A stretch of DNA of 64,000 bases. Source: Octopus sinensis (lineage: Eukaryota). The position numbers and the translations under genes are program-made. Numbering within the stretch: the stretch's first letter is position 1; each line of letters starts with the position of its first letter. The DNA lies in NCBI RefSeq assembly GCF_006345805.1, contig NC_042999.1:49538001-49602000 (forward strand), read 5' to 3'. Below, piece after piece: positions 48,351 through 60,965 of this stretch. Below the pieces are notes generated by a model. The model ran no database searches and had not been told where the DNA came from. It was given only the letters and a program-made list of their open reading frames with translations.

Positions 48351-49367
48351 TCACGCACATACATCTATTTTTTATATATAGATATACATTGGACACAAAA
48401 ATTGTATCTATCACTATATTGAAAGAGACGAAGACTATGAAGGATATATATAAAAATATATATAATACAAAAAACAAATGTCTAGAAATGAAAATAATTT
48501 CATGTGTACATCAAACAGACGCCGGTGAACCTTGCGATATACTTATTTATATATTTTTATTTTATGCTGTTTTGTTTATTACTATGTTTTTTTTTTACAT
48601 TGGTTTCAGTCAATTCTATGCATAAGAAAAAATGGAATTTATACCACTTCTTTTCATTTTGACTTTCTTTTCGATTTCTTTCTCATTTAATCTGTTCCTA
48701 TATGTTCTGTATTTTCTATCTCTAAAGCAAAATGTACTTAAGTCTCTGGGATATCATGTTATGGAATGGTCTGGTAAAAATATGATACGTTATGTTATAT
48801 TATCTTGTGTTATATTATATTACGTGTGGTGTGCGTGACTTAGTGGTTAGGGTGCTGAGCAGTTTCAGTAGTTTTGAACCTATGATAATAACATCATACA
48901 ACCTCGATTCCTGGAATTCAGTGGTTCGTTGTGCCCTAGTAGCAACTCGCATATTCCATTCCAGTTTGCTCTTGTCTATTCAGCAGAAATGAGCACTATC
49001 CAGTTGCTGGGGCAGCCTTTTCTCCTTCTCGCAGTGATATCTTAGATATTCTGCTGGATCAAAGGTGAGAAAGCTAAGAAAGTGTCTATGTCTGCTCACG
49101 AAATCACAAGGAACTAAACAAATGAATGAATGTGTGACATACACTACCAAGTTATCACCGTTTCCAAGTGAAAAGCGTATGGTATGGCAGAATATGTTAT
49201 AATCTGTTATGTTATCGCATGAAACCGCAAGTTGTAATACGTAGTCAATGTTTTCATTTATTTAATCACTCAAAGCATCTGTGAAGCCCAAAAACAGAGT
49301 AAAAGAAACACCTAATACATCCCATATGTGTATCCATTACATATATATATATGTATGTATGTATGTA

Positions 49368-49480
49368 TGGGGCTGGCCAGATTGGAGCAATCTCAAGATT
49401 AATCAGCCGAAATTGCAAGGATGATCCGGTTCTTGACTGAAGATTGAAGGCTTCGAATGTCCCGTCCGTGTTTTTTGTGT
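49368..49480 (-). mobile_element. Penelope-like repeat fragment
   Basis: GGGGCTGGCCAGATTGGAGCAATCTCAAG..AATCAGCCGAAATTGC is shared with 42610 and 43350. Confidence 0.6.
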
Positions 49481-50020
49481 ACCACATATATGTGTACCAC
49501 ATGTGTGTGTGTGTGTGTGTGTGTGTGTACATGTGTGTGTGTGTCTGTGTTTGTATGTATGTATTATGTATTTATGTATATATGCATACATATGCATACA
49601 TATATATTTAAGCAAACACACATATACATACATAAATATATGTATATATATATGTGTGTGTGTGTGTGTGTACATGTGTGTGTGTACATGTGTGTGTGTG
49701 TGTACATTTGTGTGCGTGTGTGTGTGAGTGTGTTCATATTTATGAATTTATATTAAGCACTATATTCTTGGTTATTGCATATCAGCGATCAGAAAGTTAC
49801 CGCCAGTTTCGCGCTGGCTATTACTCTTGGCGATATTGACAACTGCGAAGTGCAATAATCGCTACGAAGCCGTCAGGAAGTTTCTGACCGCTTATATACC
49901 ATATTGAGGGCTAGATTGCTCGATAATATAAAAATATAACATTGTATCATCTCAATTTCTCTTTTAAAGTGTATTTCTTCCTAACTTATGGACAGTTAAC
50001 CGGCAATATATGTGTGTGTA

Positions 50021-50097
<77 letters not shown>

Positions 50098-50400
50098 CGA
50101 AGGCGCATGGCTCAGTGGTTAGAGCGTAGAGTTCGATTCCCGGACCGGGCTATGTGTTGTGTTCTTGAGCAAGACACTTTATTTCACGTTGCTCCAGTTC
50201 ACTCATCTGTAGAAATGAGTTGCAATGTCACTGTATTGGTCATTACTTTTCCCATGGATATCATCAGTGGTGTGGAGAGGGGAAGCTGGTATGCATGGGC
50301 GACTGCTGGCCTTCCACAAACAATCTTCCCCTGACTTGTGCCAGCGAGGGTAACTTTCTAGGTGCAATCCCATGGCCATTCCTGACTGAAGGGGGTCTCC
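50098..50400 (+). mobile_element. tRNA-headed SINE (family D head and body, different tail)
   Basis: GGCGCATGGCTCAGTGGTTAGAGCG..GTTCGATTCCCGGACCGGG..GTGTTCTTGAGCAAGACACTTTATTTCACG. Confidence 0.75.
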
Positions 50401-50640
50401 TCCTCCTTTATATATATAGCATAATAACTTATGGTATATTATAGTATGATACGGTATGGTTAGGTCTTTGGAATGTTATTGTATATTATGCTATGACATT
50501 GTGTAGTTTATTACGATATATAATATGTTGTGTAGTATATTACGCTGGGGTACGCTACGTTATACTGAGGTACGTTTCTATGGCATAAGGCATATTATGG
50601 TATGTTACATCATGGTACATCATTTCATTGTATAGTATCG

Positions 50641-51223
50641 AGCGCCAGATAAACCACTTCCATCTCAGGTGTCTTCGGAATCTCCTTCACATCCGCTGGC
50701 AGGACAAAGTCCCAGACACGGAAGTTCTGAAGCAGGCAGATCTCCCTAGCACCATCACAATCATGCGCAAGGCCCAGCTGAGATGGGCGGGCCACGTCTC
50801 CCGCATGTCCGACACTCGCATCCCAAAACAGCTCTTCTACGGTGAACTCGGCCAGGCAGGCGCATAGTCGGAGGGCAGAAAAAGCGCTACAAGGATAGTC
50901 TCAAGGTCTCTCTCAAAGACTTCTCCATCGGAACAGAGACCTGGGAGACACTTGCTGCCAACCGCTCATCCTGGCGCAGCGCAATCACCGTGGGAGCAGG
51001 GACAGCCGAGGAGGGACGGATTCGGTCAGCGGAGCAGAAACGTCAGATGCGTAAAGTCAGAGCCGCCTGCACCAGTAGCACTGCCCCTACCCACTTCTGC
51101 CCCACCTGTGGGAGGGGCTTCCTTGCCCGGATTGGCCTCACCAGCCACCTCCGGTCTCATGGCGGCAGTTCCATCAGATGAAGTCAGTTGGTCATCTTCG
51201 AACCGAAGGACGAACGAACGAAC
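50641..51223 (+). mobile_element. RTE-clade (BovB-like) LINE, 5'-truncated, young, with 9 bp TSD
   Basis: FHLRCLRNLLHIRWQDKVPDTEVL...QLRWAGHVSRMSDTRIPKQLFYGEL / GGQKKRYKDSLK...WRSAI...CPTCGRGFLARIGLTSHLRSH*; (GAAC)n tail; ATAGTATCG at 50632-50640 and 51224-51232; one frameshift near 50860. Confidence 0.93.
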
Positions 51224-52439
51224 ATAGTATCGTATACTTTGTTATTTTATAGTACGCTAAGATGTTTGGTATATCATGGTGTGGTGTGTTTTGTTTTGGT
51301 ATGACATGTTATATGTTATGGTCTGGTATAGTATTGCTATAGCAATGTTTAAGATATTTCGATGTGGATATTTGAGGACATTCATGTCGTAGTTTTTTAT
51401 TCGTTCTTTATTTTTCTGTCGTTTTTTTAATGTTTTGGTGTTGTTTAATTTATGTGAAGCACGTATCTATAAATGTATGTCAAAGAATTTCCGATCCTAA
51501 CCATTCTGTCTTATTTTTCGCACTCTTACTTTATCTAGTACTGCATTATCTTACATACTCTTCCATTTTTTAAGATCATACAGTTCATCTAAAGGAACTC
51601 TGGTTGCTATTTCTAACAGATCAAACCATCATTTAGAAACTCTTTCTGATTAGACTTTTTCATAATTTCATCAGTAACTTAATTGAATTTACCTGTCCAA
51701 GGAATTGGTTGGTAAAGGTGCCAGCCATCTCACTCTTCATAATTATCGTCTGTTTTTACACTATAGACAGATATTACATATTAAAAGGCAATAAAATTGG
51801 AAATGCGACGTTTATACCTTTTACAGACTCATTAGTGAGATAGGTAATAGGAAATGGCTTCAAATGGAAATTAAAACTGTGTCGCATTTATTTTTTTCTT
51901 TTAATACACTTTTATGTTCCATAATTATTTCTTTCATAGCAACAAGGAGAATTCATTATTTACTAAAAAATATCGAAAATCCATTTGTTTATGTATTACT
52001 TAATATAATCAACGTTACTATGTGTAATGAAGCGCTTTCAATTTGGAATAGAAAATAATTTCGTTGTCGATTGGCAGACATTTTATTAACGCACTTATAA
52101 CATCTATTGTCAGTTGACATCACTTAATCAAATATTTCTAACTCTCGACAGTGAATAACGTATCTGCATTGTCTTGAGACCTCAACAACTGATAGAGCCG
52201 TAGCGATACCGTTGTCAAATGCGACGTGGTTTGAGACATCAAAACTTTATCGAGACGAAACTTTTCCAAGCTTGAGCACAACTAATTTCTTCCAGAGGGA
52301 GAGAGAGGGAGAGAGAGTATGTAAGAAAAAGACGAAGATTATAATTATCATTATTATTATAATAATAATTATTATTATTATTTTTATTATAATTATTATT
52401 ATTATCATTATTATTATTGTTATCATTATTGTTATCATT

Positions 52440-52615
52440 AGAAGAAGAAGAATTCTACCAAATATTGAATTGGTACGTTATTTATCGACGTCGAAAGTAG
52501 GAAAGACAAAGTGCTCCAATTTCAAACCTCGGCTGATTTTGAACTCGGAACACAGATAATCGAATGGATACCGCAAGACAGACTATCCAGTACTCTAACG
52601 ACACCACCAGGCAGC
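52440..52615 (-). mobile_element. Degenerate CORE-SINE
   Basis: TGGTACGTTATTTATCGACGTCGAAAG...ACCTCGGCTGATTTTGAACTCGGAAC. Confidence 0.6.
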
Positions 52616-53689
52616 AGACTTTATTAATATATTTAACAACATTGAAAGATAAGTAACAAACTACACCCGCTAAATGTTACCCAACATACCTAAATCTTAA
52701 TTACACCGTTTACCTGCCGCCCCTTATTGTGAATCTTAGGTATTGTACCTTCTGTATTCCATTTCAATATAAAGGAAATATATTTGTTCCTTACTGCAAA
52801 GGCATTTTCTACGCATTCTCTCCTTTTCTTCTAACCTCTTGCAAATTCACCTTTATTTATTATTTGCATACCACTGGAAGCTGAATATGCAATATTCAAT
52901 GTGTGACCAAAGTAAGGTTAAGATGCTGTGAAACAGAATGCGTGACCCGATTTCAACTCATGGCTACACCTATTATGCTGCATTGACACTGCAGCGTCTA
53001 TAATTATACATTAACTTGCTCTTCTTGAATATGCAGCGAACAAAAACTTTATGCACTCTCCTGTTTTCAGAAAAAGAAAAAGTTGAAGCAATCGATATAC
53101 CGTATACGCTCAAACAGTTGCTATAAATTATATTTTATTTCTCTCTCTTTTTCATAAATCAAACGATAAAAAGTATTACTTGGGTTTGTGTTGTAAGATG
53201 AATATTGTGAAAAGATCCAACCAAAATAGGGTTGGTAAAGGTTGTTCATCATCTAACTTTCTTTTCAAAATATTGTTTCTGGTTTCTTAAAAAAAAACGT
53301 TAGAATAATGAGGGTTTCAGTATATTCTAAAGAATAGTAAAAACAACGGACCAAAACAGTGCCGTTACTACATAATCTTTTCTAAACAGAATCATTCCGA
53401 ATCATTTCTAAAATAAATCGTTCGATACATATTACTTGGTGTGTTCTCTGTATCTCAGAAAATGTTGAACCTGAACTGGTATTTTTTCCAGTTCAAGCCG
53501 GGCGTTTCCAGTTCAGTTGTTCGATCTCTAAGTTATATTCATAATACACAATTTATATGTTACTTATAATTGTTGTTAATACTTAAAATTATACTCAAAT
53601 TGTTTTAAGGCATTCTAAACATTGTTACCCGAGCAAGAGCAGAATACATAATTCATACAATTTCATTGTTGTTATTTCTTGAAATATTA

Positions 53690-53900
53690 GTTTCAAAACT
53701 TTGCACAAGGCCAGTATTTTCGGGGGAGGAGTAAGCCGATTAAATTGATCCCACTGCTCAGCTGGTACTTATTTTATAGACCCGGAATGGATGAAAGGTA
53801 AAGTGGACCTTGACAGAAGTTGAACTCAGAACGCAAAGACGGACGAAATGCCACTAAAGAATTTTGCTCTGTAGGCTAGCAATTCTGCCGGCTCGCCGCC
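53690..53900 (-). mobile_element. CORE-SINE (alternative tail)
   Basis: GCACAAGGCCAG...GCTGGTACTTATTTTATAGACCCGGAATGGATGAAAGG...TTCTGCCGGCTCGCCGCC. Confidence 0.85.
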
Positions 53901-54189
53901 ATTAAAAAGAGAGAAAATAAGAAATATTAAGTTTTATATGTTCTCGTATGAAGTCATTTCAGTTCACTTCCACATCTAATTGTCTTTGAAAAGTTATGTC
54001 ACAAATCGTCCTTTAAATATAGAAATTATCTTGTTCTTCATTTTAAAAAAAGCTTCATTTCATATATTCAGCAAAAATTCTATGGGGAATCATATGAATG
54101 AATCTTCTATTTCCGGCCCATATAGTATAAGGGTTTTGACCTTAGTCAAAATGAATGAGGATGTGAATAAGGTGCAAGAGTTAAAATAA

Positions 54190-54584
54190 TCCTTTCTGCC
54201 ATAGGCACAAGACCTGAAAGTTTTTTTTGGGGGGGGGGACTAGTCGTTTACATCGACCCGAGTGTTTCCCCGGTATTTAATATATCAATTCCGAAAGGAT
54301 GAAAGGCAAAGTCGAATTTGAACGCAGAACGTAACGACGGGCGAAATACCTATGTCTTTACTGTCCACAAGGAGTTATACACAGAGGGGACAAACAAGGA
54401 CAGGCAAAGGGATTAAGTCGATTACATCGACACCAGCGCGTAACTGGTACTTAATTTATCCACCCCGAAAGGATGAAAGGCAAAGTCGACCTCGGCGGAA
54501 TTTGAACTCAGAACGTAGCGGCAGACGAAATACTGCTAAGCATTTTACCCGGCGTGTTAATGTTTCTGCCACCTCACCGCCTTC
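54190..54584 (-). mobile_element. Dimeric CORE-SINE bounded by one 16 bp TSD
   Basis: GCAAGAGTTAAAATAA at 54174-54189 and 54585-54600; internal junction CGAAATAC|CTATGTCTTTAC at 54349/54350. Confidence 0.85.
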
Positions 54585-54964
54585 GCAAGAGTTAAAATAA
54601 CGGAATGCAATTTACGCCGTTTAATAACTTTGGGCAAAACACTTCGTCAGAGACACATGAAATATTGACTGATCTTGGGGGAATATGGATTGAGAGGAGT
54701 GAGAGCGAAGAAAAAATTAATAGTGAAGATTAATGAGGTGGGGGGAAGAGATAACAAGTGTTAATGGAAGTCAAAGTGAGGAGAAGAGAATTGGACTGCC
54801 TTCAGATTCGAAAAATATAACGGTAAAAGGTAACGACAGGGAAACGCCTTACACGCACATACACAAACATTAACACTGCGCACACATACTCATATAAATA
54901 TGTGCGCGTAAACAAACGCTCTTAGTCGAGTACAGAGGAAAACATTAATAAGACACTGAAATTT

Positions 54965-55155
54965 TAGCAGAAGGTGACCAAATTAAGAAGAGGGTAGTCG
55001 ATTACATCGACCCCAGTACTCAACTGGTACTTATTTCATCGAATCCAAAAGGATGAAATGCAAAGTTGACCTTCAAGGAAGTCTGGCGTAAAAACCGGAA
55101 AGAAAAATATTCTGCATTTTGCTCGACACGCTAACGGATCTGCAAGCTCGCTACC
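54965..55155 (-). mobile_element. CORE-SINE, diverged
   Basis: GTCGATTACATCGACCCCAGTACTCAACTGGTACTTATTTCATCG...GGATGAAATGCAAAGTTGACC. Confidence 0.8.
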
Positions 55156-55257
55156 TTATGAAATCTAATAACAATGATAGAAAAATGTGGCAGTAGCTTA
55201 ATTGATTTATATACAGGTATATAAATAAAGTGTGGATTTTCCTTAGGAAACGATAGA

Positions 55258-55823
55258 GTACTGCTTAAATACAGTTCTATATTTAAGAGATGAGGAATCA
55301 TGTACTTGATTTACATTATTTATATTATTTACATTTGACGGTTATTTGTCCTCATCTTACTGTTTACTCTTTTTACTTGTTTCAGTCATTTGACTGTGGC
55401 CATGTTGGAGCACTGCCTTGAGTCAAGCAAATCGACCCCAGGACTTATTCTTTGTAAGCCTAATACTTATTCTATCGGTCTCTTTTGCCGAACCACTCAG
55501 TTGTCAAGTGATGCTAGGGTGACAAACACAGGCACACAAACATATACACACATACATACATATATATACATATATACGAGGGGCCTCTTTCAGCTTCCGT
55601 CTACCAAATCCACTCACAAGGCTTTGGTCGGTCCGAGGCTATAGTAGAAGACACTTGCCTAAGGTGCCACGCAGTGGGACTGAACCCGGAACCATGTGGT
55701 TCGTAACCAAGCTACTTACCACACAGCCATTCCTACGCCTACTTGTTTGTTGTTAACAACAAACAAGATGAAAACAAATATCCGTCAAATGTAAATAATG
55801 TAAATAATGTACTGCTTAAATAC
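55258..55823. repeat. Fold-back element flanked by a 15 bp direct repeat and interrupted by a family B SINE
   Basis: GTACTGCTTAAATAC at 55258 and 55809; arms 55312-55358 and ~55765-55811; central palindrome CTTGTTTGTTGTTAACAACAAACAAG. Confidence 0.8.
55360..55740 (-). mobile_element. Family B SINE with an internal deletion
   Basis: TACTCTTTTTACTTGTTTCAGTC...CTTACCACACAGCCATTCCTACGCC. Confidence 0.9.
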
Positions 55824-56167
55824 TTTTATCGTTTTTTTCGTTTTGTTTATTGTTTTGATTTTATTTTGTTTTTCGTTTTTGTTGTTGTTGTTGCTGTTGT
55901 CTTTTTTTTCTGTTGTCTAGCACTGTAGAAACAAAGTTTAACTCTGCAGTGATAGACAACACAAACACCACAAGAGAAAAGGATTTACGCAGTTTACTCT
56001 TAATCTTTTTTAGAAATATCTAGACATATATTTGTATGCAAATAAAAAAGATATAACTATCTCTTATTTTTCTGGTATGTGATATGAATTTATATATATA
56101 TATATATATATATATAGGAGTGTGCAGAATTAAGGGCGCTCAACACATTTACTGAGAGTAACACTTA

Positions 56168-56318
56168 TGGATCAAAACATTTTGAATTTAAACTCCTTAG
56201 TACACTGAGTTGCAAGCGTCATGCTAGTTCTCGGCCATAAGAATTCCTATGCCTGAAGACTAGCAACACGCTTGAAACTCAGAGTACTAAGAAGTTTGAA
56301 TCAAACTGTTTTGATCCA
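56168..56318. mobile_element. 151 bp diverged fold-back (MITE-like)
   Basis: TGGATCAAAACA...CTTAGTAC.CTGAGTT.CAAGCGT..TGCTAGT is mirrored by ACTAGCA..ACGCTTG.AACTCAG.GTACTAAG...TGTTTTGATCCA. Confidence 0.75.
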
Positions 56319-56363
56319 CACACATACACATCCACGCACGGGCATGCACACACACATACATAC

Positions 56364-56461
<98 letters not shown>

Positions 56462-58429
56462 AGGTTGAAGTCTTTATAAGAATTTATCATGGAGAAAATA
56501 CTTATAAAGATTTTATCCTGATTTTAAATTATAAATTTACACGGAATATAGTCAGTGCTGAATCTTATTCTGAATAAACACATGTACCGAGATTCAATTC
56601 GAAAAGCCCGCCTTTTACATAGATATATAAGTGTGAACAATTCTATGTACTATGCTGGATACATTTGGTGTTCGTCTGGTTTGTTGATTTTTTGTTCATT
56701 TTTATGTATCTTGAATTATGCTTGCACTGAAGATTAAAAAGTGCATTTTGTGCACTAATTATCAAATCATATGATATGCAGCTGAATTCTGTTTTTAAAA
56801 TGATCACTTCGAGGGTTGCGTTCCCTCGAGTTCGGTACAATGTGTTTATTTATTTTGGTAGTTTTAACTTTTAGAGTCCCTCCTAGCGTGAGGCATTCAT
56901 GTGTAGTAATGCCCTTAATATAAGTATATATATATATATATATATATGGAGTGAGAACTTTAATCAGTGCTGTGTATAAAGGCAAATTTGTCACAAGTTC
57001 AAATATACTTCAGGCATATTGGAACCCGTAAGGAAGCCATTCAATGTACTTTGGCATGGAGAAAATTTCTCGCTGTAGACAAATAGGTGTAGAGTCAACT
57101 CACAGCGTTTCATCAGCCTTTCCGGTTTCTGTTGCCGAAAAGAAGATAGCCAACCAGAAATGCATGCATCCAAAGTCTGGTTAGAGTGCTATATTACTTT
57201 AATATACATATCAAAATAACATAGCTGCTGTCAGTGCATTATGTCTAAGGTTCTTTATCGTGTCTTACGTGAATCAGTTACTCGGTGAATAGTTAATACT
57301 TGTAGTTAAAGAATGATCGACAGTTCCAAACATTCTCCAACATCCTGACTGTTCTAAATTTATCAAGTTTCAAAACCTACATCCTTTTCAAAAGAAATCA
57401 ATATGATGATTTTTTTCCATAGCTTCTACTGAAGAGTTTAAAAGAATAAATTAGCGTTGTGAGTACTAACTAAATTTGTGCTACGTAATAATATATAGAA
57501 GAGGATAACGAAACAGAAAAAGTAAGATACCATTGCATGAAGAAATATCTACAAAGAAAAAAGAAATATGTATTTTCAACTAATCAAAAGATAAAAGGAC
57601 ATGAAATGCATTACAACACATTTCTGAAAATGAGAAACCGTTAAATAAAAGATATAAATTTATAGTTTTCACAGATTATAGACTTTATACATTTTTTATA
57701 ATACTTTGTTTCATTTATTTCACACCTCTTTGAAAACAAGAACCAGAAAAATTTGTAGATATAAATACGCGTTGATTAATTCGGCAAAAGAGAAGTAAGC
57801 TTAAGAAGTAATTAAACAACTGGTGTTTAATAGAAGTATAAGAATGTGAGTAAATTTAAAGACGAAAATACACCAGCATGCTCCTTTCGTCAAAGATAAT
57901 GGCGGTTTAATTAACGATATAAATTGTTGCATCCATTCAAGATAGTGGAAGAAACCATTAATAAATGTCTTATCTAATGAAATTGCGCTTTTTATTTCAC
58001 AGAAAAATATTACAATAGTTTGTAGGTGTAACGGTGCTTTGCACGTCTGTGCGACTTTTCGTAAAAACTTTTTTTATACAAACATGTGTGTGTGTGTGTA
58101 TGTATGCTTGTTTGTGCGTATGTATGTATGATTGCTTGTGTATGTGTGTGTGAGCATGCATGTGGACGTGCGTGTGGGCGTATGTGCGTTCGCGTGTAAG
58201 TTAATCAAATTAAATATATTCTTCCCCTTTGAAAATATTGCCTAATTATTAAATGTATATAACTTACAAGTAATTCTGAACGAGGCCCTTGAAAAATAGA
58301 TACAGTGAGGTTGTATAGTCTAAAAGCCAGAAATAGCAGAAAACACTGTAATATCGTCAAGTTTCCATGGCAGAATGTAAATGTTCTTGTGAGCCTGGAA
58401 AGATAATGAAAAAATCATTCCAAGATATT

Positions 58430-58757
58430 TCTTTCTTTATTTGCTCACAAGGTGTTATACACAGAGGGAACAAACAAGGACAGACAAAGGGATTAAGTCG
58501 ATTACATTGACCCCAGTGCGTAACTGGTACTTAATTTATCGACCCCGAAAGGATGAAAGGCAAAGTCGACCTCGGCGGAATTTGAACTCAGAACGTAGCG
58601 GCAGACGAAATACCTATTTCTTTACTACCCAGAAGGGGCTAAACATAGAGGGAACAAACAAAGACGGACAAAGGGATTAAGTCGATTACATCGACCCCAT
58701 TGCGTAACTGGTACTTTTTTATCGACCCCGAAAGGATGAAAGGCAAAGTCGACCTCG
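58430..58757 (-). mobile_element. Dimeric family A CORE-SINE (5'-truncated)
   Basis: Two tail+core units joined at CGAAATAC|CTATTTCTTTAC (58613/58614). Confidence 0.88.
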
Positions 58758-58969
58758 TTTACGAAACGAAAATAGGTAACATACTCTTTAGAATATTTGT
58801 AGTGAAAATGAAAGGAAAGCCGATCGGAGACTATTTCAACATTTAAGTATGATGTTAACTGACTTTGTATTGGACATTACTTTCTTGAAGAAATTCACGT
58901 TGTCGCTCAATTTCATTTTTAAAAATTAAGAAATCCACTATAATAGATGTCAGGTAGTACTTGTAGAAT

Positions 58970-59190
58970 TTCTTGATGAGGCGACGTACAAGCAGAATCG
59001 ATACCGCGCAGGGCAGAATGTTTAGCAGCATTTCGTCCGTCTTTTCGTTTTAAGTTCAAATTCTGCCGAGGTTTACTTTCGTCCTTTCGGAATGAATAAA
59101 ATAGATACCAGTTGAGCACTAGGTTTAATGTAATCGACTTATCCACCTCTCCCGAACTTGCTGGCCTTGTGCCAAAATTTGAAACCAATT
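58970..59190 (-). mobile_element. CORE-SINE (alternative tail)
   Basis: Read on the plus strand: CATTTCGTCCGTCTT..GTTCAAATTCTGCCGAGG..CTTTCG...AGTACC/GATACCAG...GCTGGCCTTGTGCCAAAATTTGAAACC; this head-to-tail order suggests the SINE may be plus-oriented, so the strand is uncertain. Confidence 0.7.
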
Positions 59191-60315
59191 TAATAGACCT
59201 CTATACAATAAAGAGGAATAAATATAGGCAGTAAAATAAGAAATTGTGACGCATTCAATTATTTTATAGTATTTAGTTTTGTACCACTCTCCTCTCAGGT
59301 TACACGTCAGTGACATATTTTTATAACGTCGCGGCCGAAAGCATTGTAATCACCACTCAATTGTTTTTACTCGCTCCAAAACGTGATATTTCATAAAACC
59401 ATAATAAAGAACAATGATTGTTTTCTTTTTCTATTTATAAAGTAATCACGAAAGTTTTGAAATTTTTTACAGGTTATACCGGTCAAATGGGTTTAAAAGG
59501 TTTTTTTGCTATAAGGTACAAAGCTGAATAAACGAAAGGAAAAACATTTTTTTCAATTTAGTCTTTGAATAATTAACAAAGGCATTTCATAGCAATAAGT
59601 TTACATCTTCAAACTCTGTTTAAATGAAAGGATTTCAACCAGGTAAACCTGTGTCTTTTTTTTAGCTCTTACATCATCAATGACCCTTACTTGACGTACT
59701 TTTAATTTATGCTTGGACAAGTGGATCCTGACGATAAAAGAGATACACGGACAGATGAGAAAACAGTGACAAGATGGAAGCACAAGGACGACACTATTAT
59801 CATTTTATCTTTTTTTTTTATTTCAGTCTTTCTTTGCTATATTATTTTTTCTAGTTTAATATGGCTGTGTTGTTGTTTTCATTGTTTTCTATTAATATTA
59901 CAAAGGAAGGAATTTTATTAATCCTCAGAACAAATAGAATAGATTTCCGCCGGCTACAGAATATACTTAATCTCATTAAACCGCCAAGGGAGTGGAACAA
60001 GTGAATAGTAATTACAAACTGTTATTATTGTCTCTCTCTTTGCTTCATTTCTTTTATGTTCTTGTTTTTATTATTTCTACATACAAATATATACACACAC
60101 AGTCTCTCCCTCTCCATTTCTCTCTCTCTTTCTCTTTCATTCATTCACTCACTCACACTTTCTTTCTCTCTCTAGCATTGCAACGTCTCTCTGTTGTCTG
60201 TTATCTGTTGTCTGTGCCAAAAGTCAAAACAGAAGAGCTAATGCTGTGCTACAAGTCGACTTCTAGTCTTTCATTTCCTCAAGGTTAATAAAACCACGAC
60301 TACTACTAGCACCAA

Positions 60316-60346
<31 letters not shown>

Positions 60347-60965
60347 GGCAGTGGTAGCAGCAACAGCGTTGGTGATAGTGGTAGTGATTACCGTGACAAT
60401 CAAATATGTCGTTACTCTCAGACGACAAAAGGAATCTCATACGGTTTAAAATAAAATTAATAAATCACTATTCGGTTGTCTTAGTTTTATTTTGTAATCA
60501 AACAAACCACCACAAAAAAATTATTTCACCTTGACCCGGGGGTGTCTGTTTTATATAATATTTTCATTTTAATTTATTTTTTATTTACACAAGTATTGTA
60601 TTTTATGACATCCTGTGTGGTCATAGCTTTTGTGAGGTAGCGACTCCAAAACGATCTCCGCGGAACACTGTATATGTATTAGCGCTAAGTCAACAGAGAT
60701 ACGTCCGTTTTCAGTGTTTCCCACTGTTTAAGTCAAAGGTTAGATGTACTACGGCATGTATTACGGCATGTTCCCACACTAAAGATTAAACAGGTTTCGA
60801 CATATTAGACTTGATTGACTTGGCATTGTGATATAAAACCCTGAATCAATGAGAGAAACACTGCATTGTCGTTTTACATGTTAGAAATAACCAAATATTT
60901 CTCAAATTCAACCTTGCCAATTACAAAAAAAAAAATTTATCTTGGGCATTTTAGTCCATAATATA

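Noticed and set aside
37695-57360. ~22 bp similarity CCAACATCCTG..TGTTCTAAATT at 37.7 and 57.3 kb
   Set aside because: The flanks do not align; it is compatible with chance or a tiny repeat remnant.
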